Below are positions 16,209 through 17,135 of a stretch of 17,135 nucleotides of DNA, one piece after another. The notes under the pieces are model-generated. The model saw nothing but the letters and a program-made list of their open reading frames with translations. It was not told the origin of the DNA and did not search any database. Source of the stretch: Abditibacteriaceae bacterium (GTDB lineage Bacteria > Armatimonadota > Abditibacteriia > Abditibacteriales > Abditibacteriaceae); assembly GCA_031425655.1 (NCBI GenBank), contig JANPJS010000102.1, positions 1 to 17,135 on the forward strand. Direction: 5' to 3'. Position 1 is the stretch's first letter. Each line of letters opens with the position of its first letter. The position numbers and the translations under genes were made by a program.

Positions 16209-17066
16209 ATGATTTCTACATTGAACGGCGCGACGGCGGGCGGCGGACTGGCTTTGCCCGAATTTATCGCGCTGGCCAAAGACAACGGTTTTGGAGGCGT
16301 TGAGTTCGGCATCGGCGCGGTCGCCGACATCATCGAGCGCGACGGCGCGGACGCTTTCGCTTTGTTCGATGGCGCCGGCATCGCGCCCGGCGCTTTTGGT
16401 TTAAGCGTCGAATGGCGCAAAGACGAAGACACGTTTCGTGCCGGAATGGCCGATTTGCCGCGCCTTGCCAAAGCCGCGCAGCAAATTGGCTGCACGCGCT
16501 GCTGCACCTGGGTTTTGCCCGACGGCGGCATCGCGGTAGACGAATATCGCGCACGCAGCACGGCGCGTTTTGTGGAAATCGCCAAAGTTTTGGGCGATAG
16601 CGGCGTGCATCTGGGACTGGAATTTCTCGGCCCGGCGCACTTTCGCACCAATCCCGAAAACGTGTGGTTTTACGATGTTGCGGGCGCGCTCGAAGTCGCC
16701 GACGAAGTTGGCGAAAAGGCCGGAACTAACAACGTCGGCCTGCTGGTAGATTGCTGGCACTGGTATACGAGCGGCGGGACAGTCATGGATTTGGCTTCGA
16801 TTCCCGTCGAGCAGATCGTCCATGTTCACGTCAACGATGCGCCGGATATTCCGCGCGAAGAGCAATAAGACAGCGTGCGCCTTTTGCCTGGCGACAGCGG
16901 CGTAATTGACATCAAAGGCTTTTTGCAAACGCTGCAGGCGCTGGGCTACGAAGGCCCGGTCGCCGTCGAAACTTTCAGCGAAGAATTGCGTGCCCTGTCG
17001 CCGCAAGAAGCCGCCGCGCGTGCCGGCGCCGCGATGCAAAAAGTGTGGGCCGAAGCGAGGGTTTGA
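16209..17066 (+). pseudogene. Sugar phosphate isomerase/epimerase (xylose-isomerase-like TIM barrel) with an in-frame TAA at 16866-16868
   Basis: Motifs GFGGVEF, LGLEF, NVGLLVDCWHWY and HVHVNDAP, then REEQ*DSVRLLPGDSGVID...GYEGPVAVETF continuing in the same frame to TGA at 17066. SD AGGAG upstream. Confidence 0.85.
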
Positions 17067-17135
17067 ATGGAACACGGAGCTTCGCTTCGCGGAAACGACA
17101 CGGATTTACACGGTTTCATATTGAGTTTTGTTTTC

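Noticed and set aside
16016..16651. 212-aa N-terminal extension of the SMP-30 ORF in the track
   Set aside because: It is antisense to the isomerase gene and crosses a repeat. Family similarity begins at ATG 16015.
16866..16868. Genome-wide TAA reassignment
   Set aside because: LacI, GH172, cupin, esterase, TauE and SMP-30 all end at TAA at family-typical C-termini, and only one gene is interrupted.

Overview
GC-rich bacterial chromosomal window; an Armatimonadota/Abditibacteriota-like origin is only an impression. The left part is a carbohydrate locus: a GH106-like glycosidase that runs off the left edge (absent from the ORF track), translationally coupled to a LacI repressor, a divergent secreted GH172/DUF2961 protein, and a collapsed remnant of a GH74-like gene. 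Next come an orphan membrane histidine kinase and a compact mobile patchwork (7771-9299): a 175-bp MITE, then a ~1.2-kb integrase-less insert bracketed by a 74-bp direct repeat of the 3' end of a nucleotidyltransferase-like gene and carrying two cassette-like genes separated by a degenerate attC-like site. The right part holds a TauE/SafE permease, an esterase, mtaB with an in-frame palindrome, a DUF1287 lipoprotein, an SMP-30 lactonase and a sugar isomerase/epimerase interrupted by an in-frame TAA. Several intergenic spaces contain hairpins built from 7-8-bp tandem units. All family calls come from motif recognition; no database searches were run.
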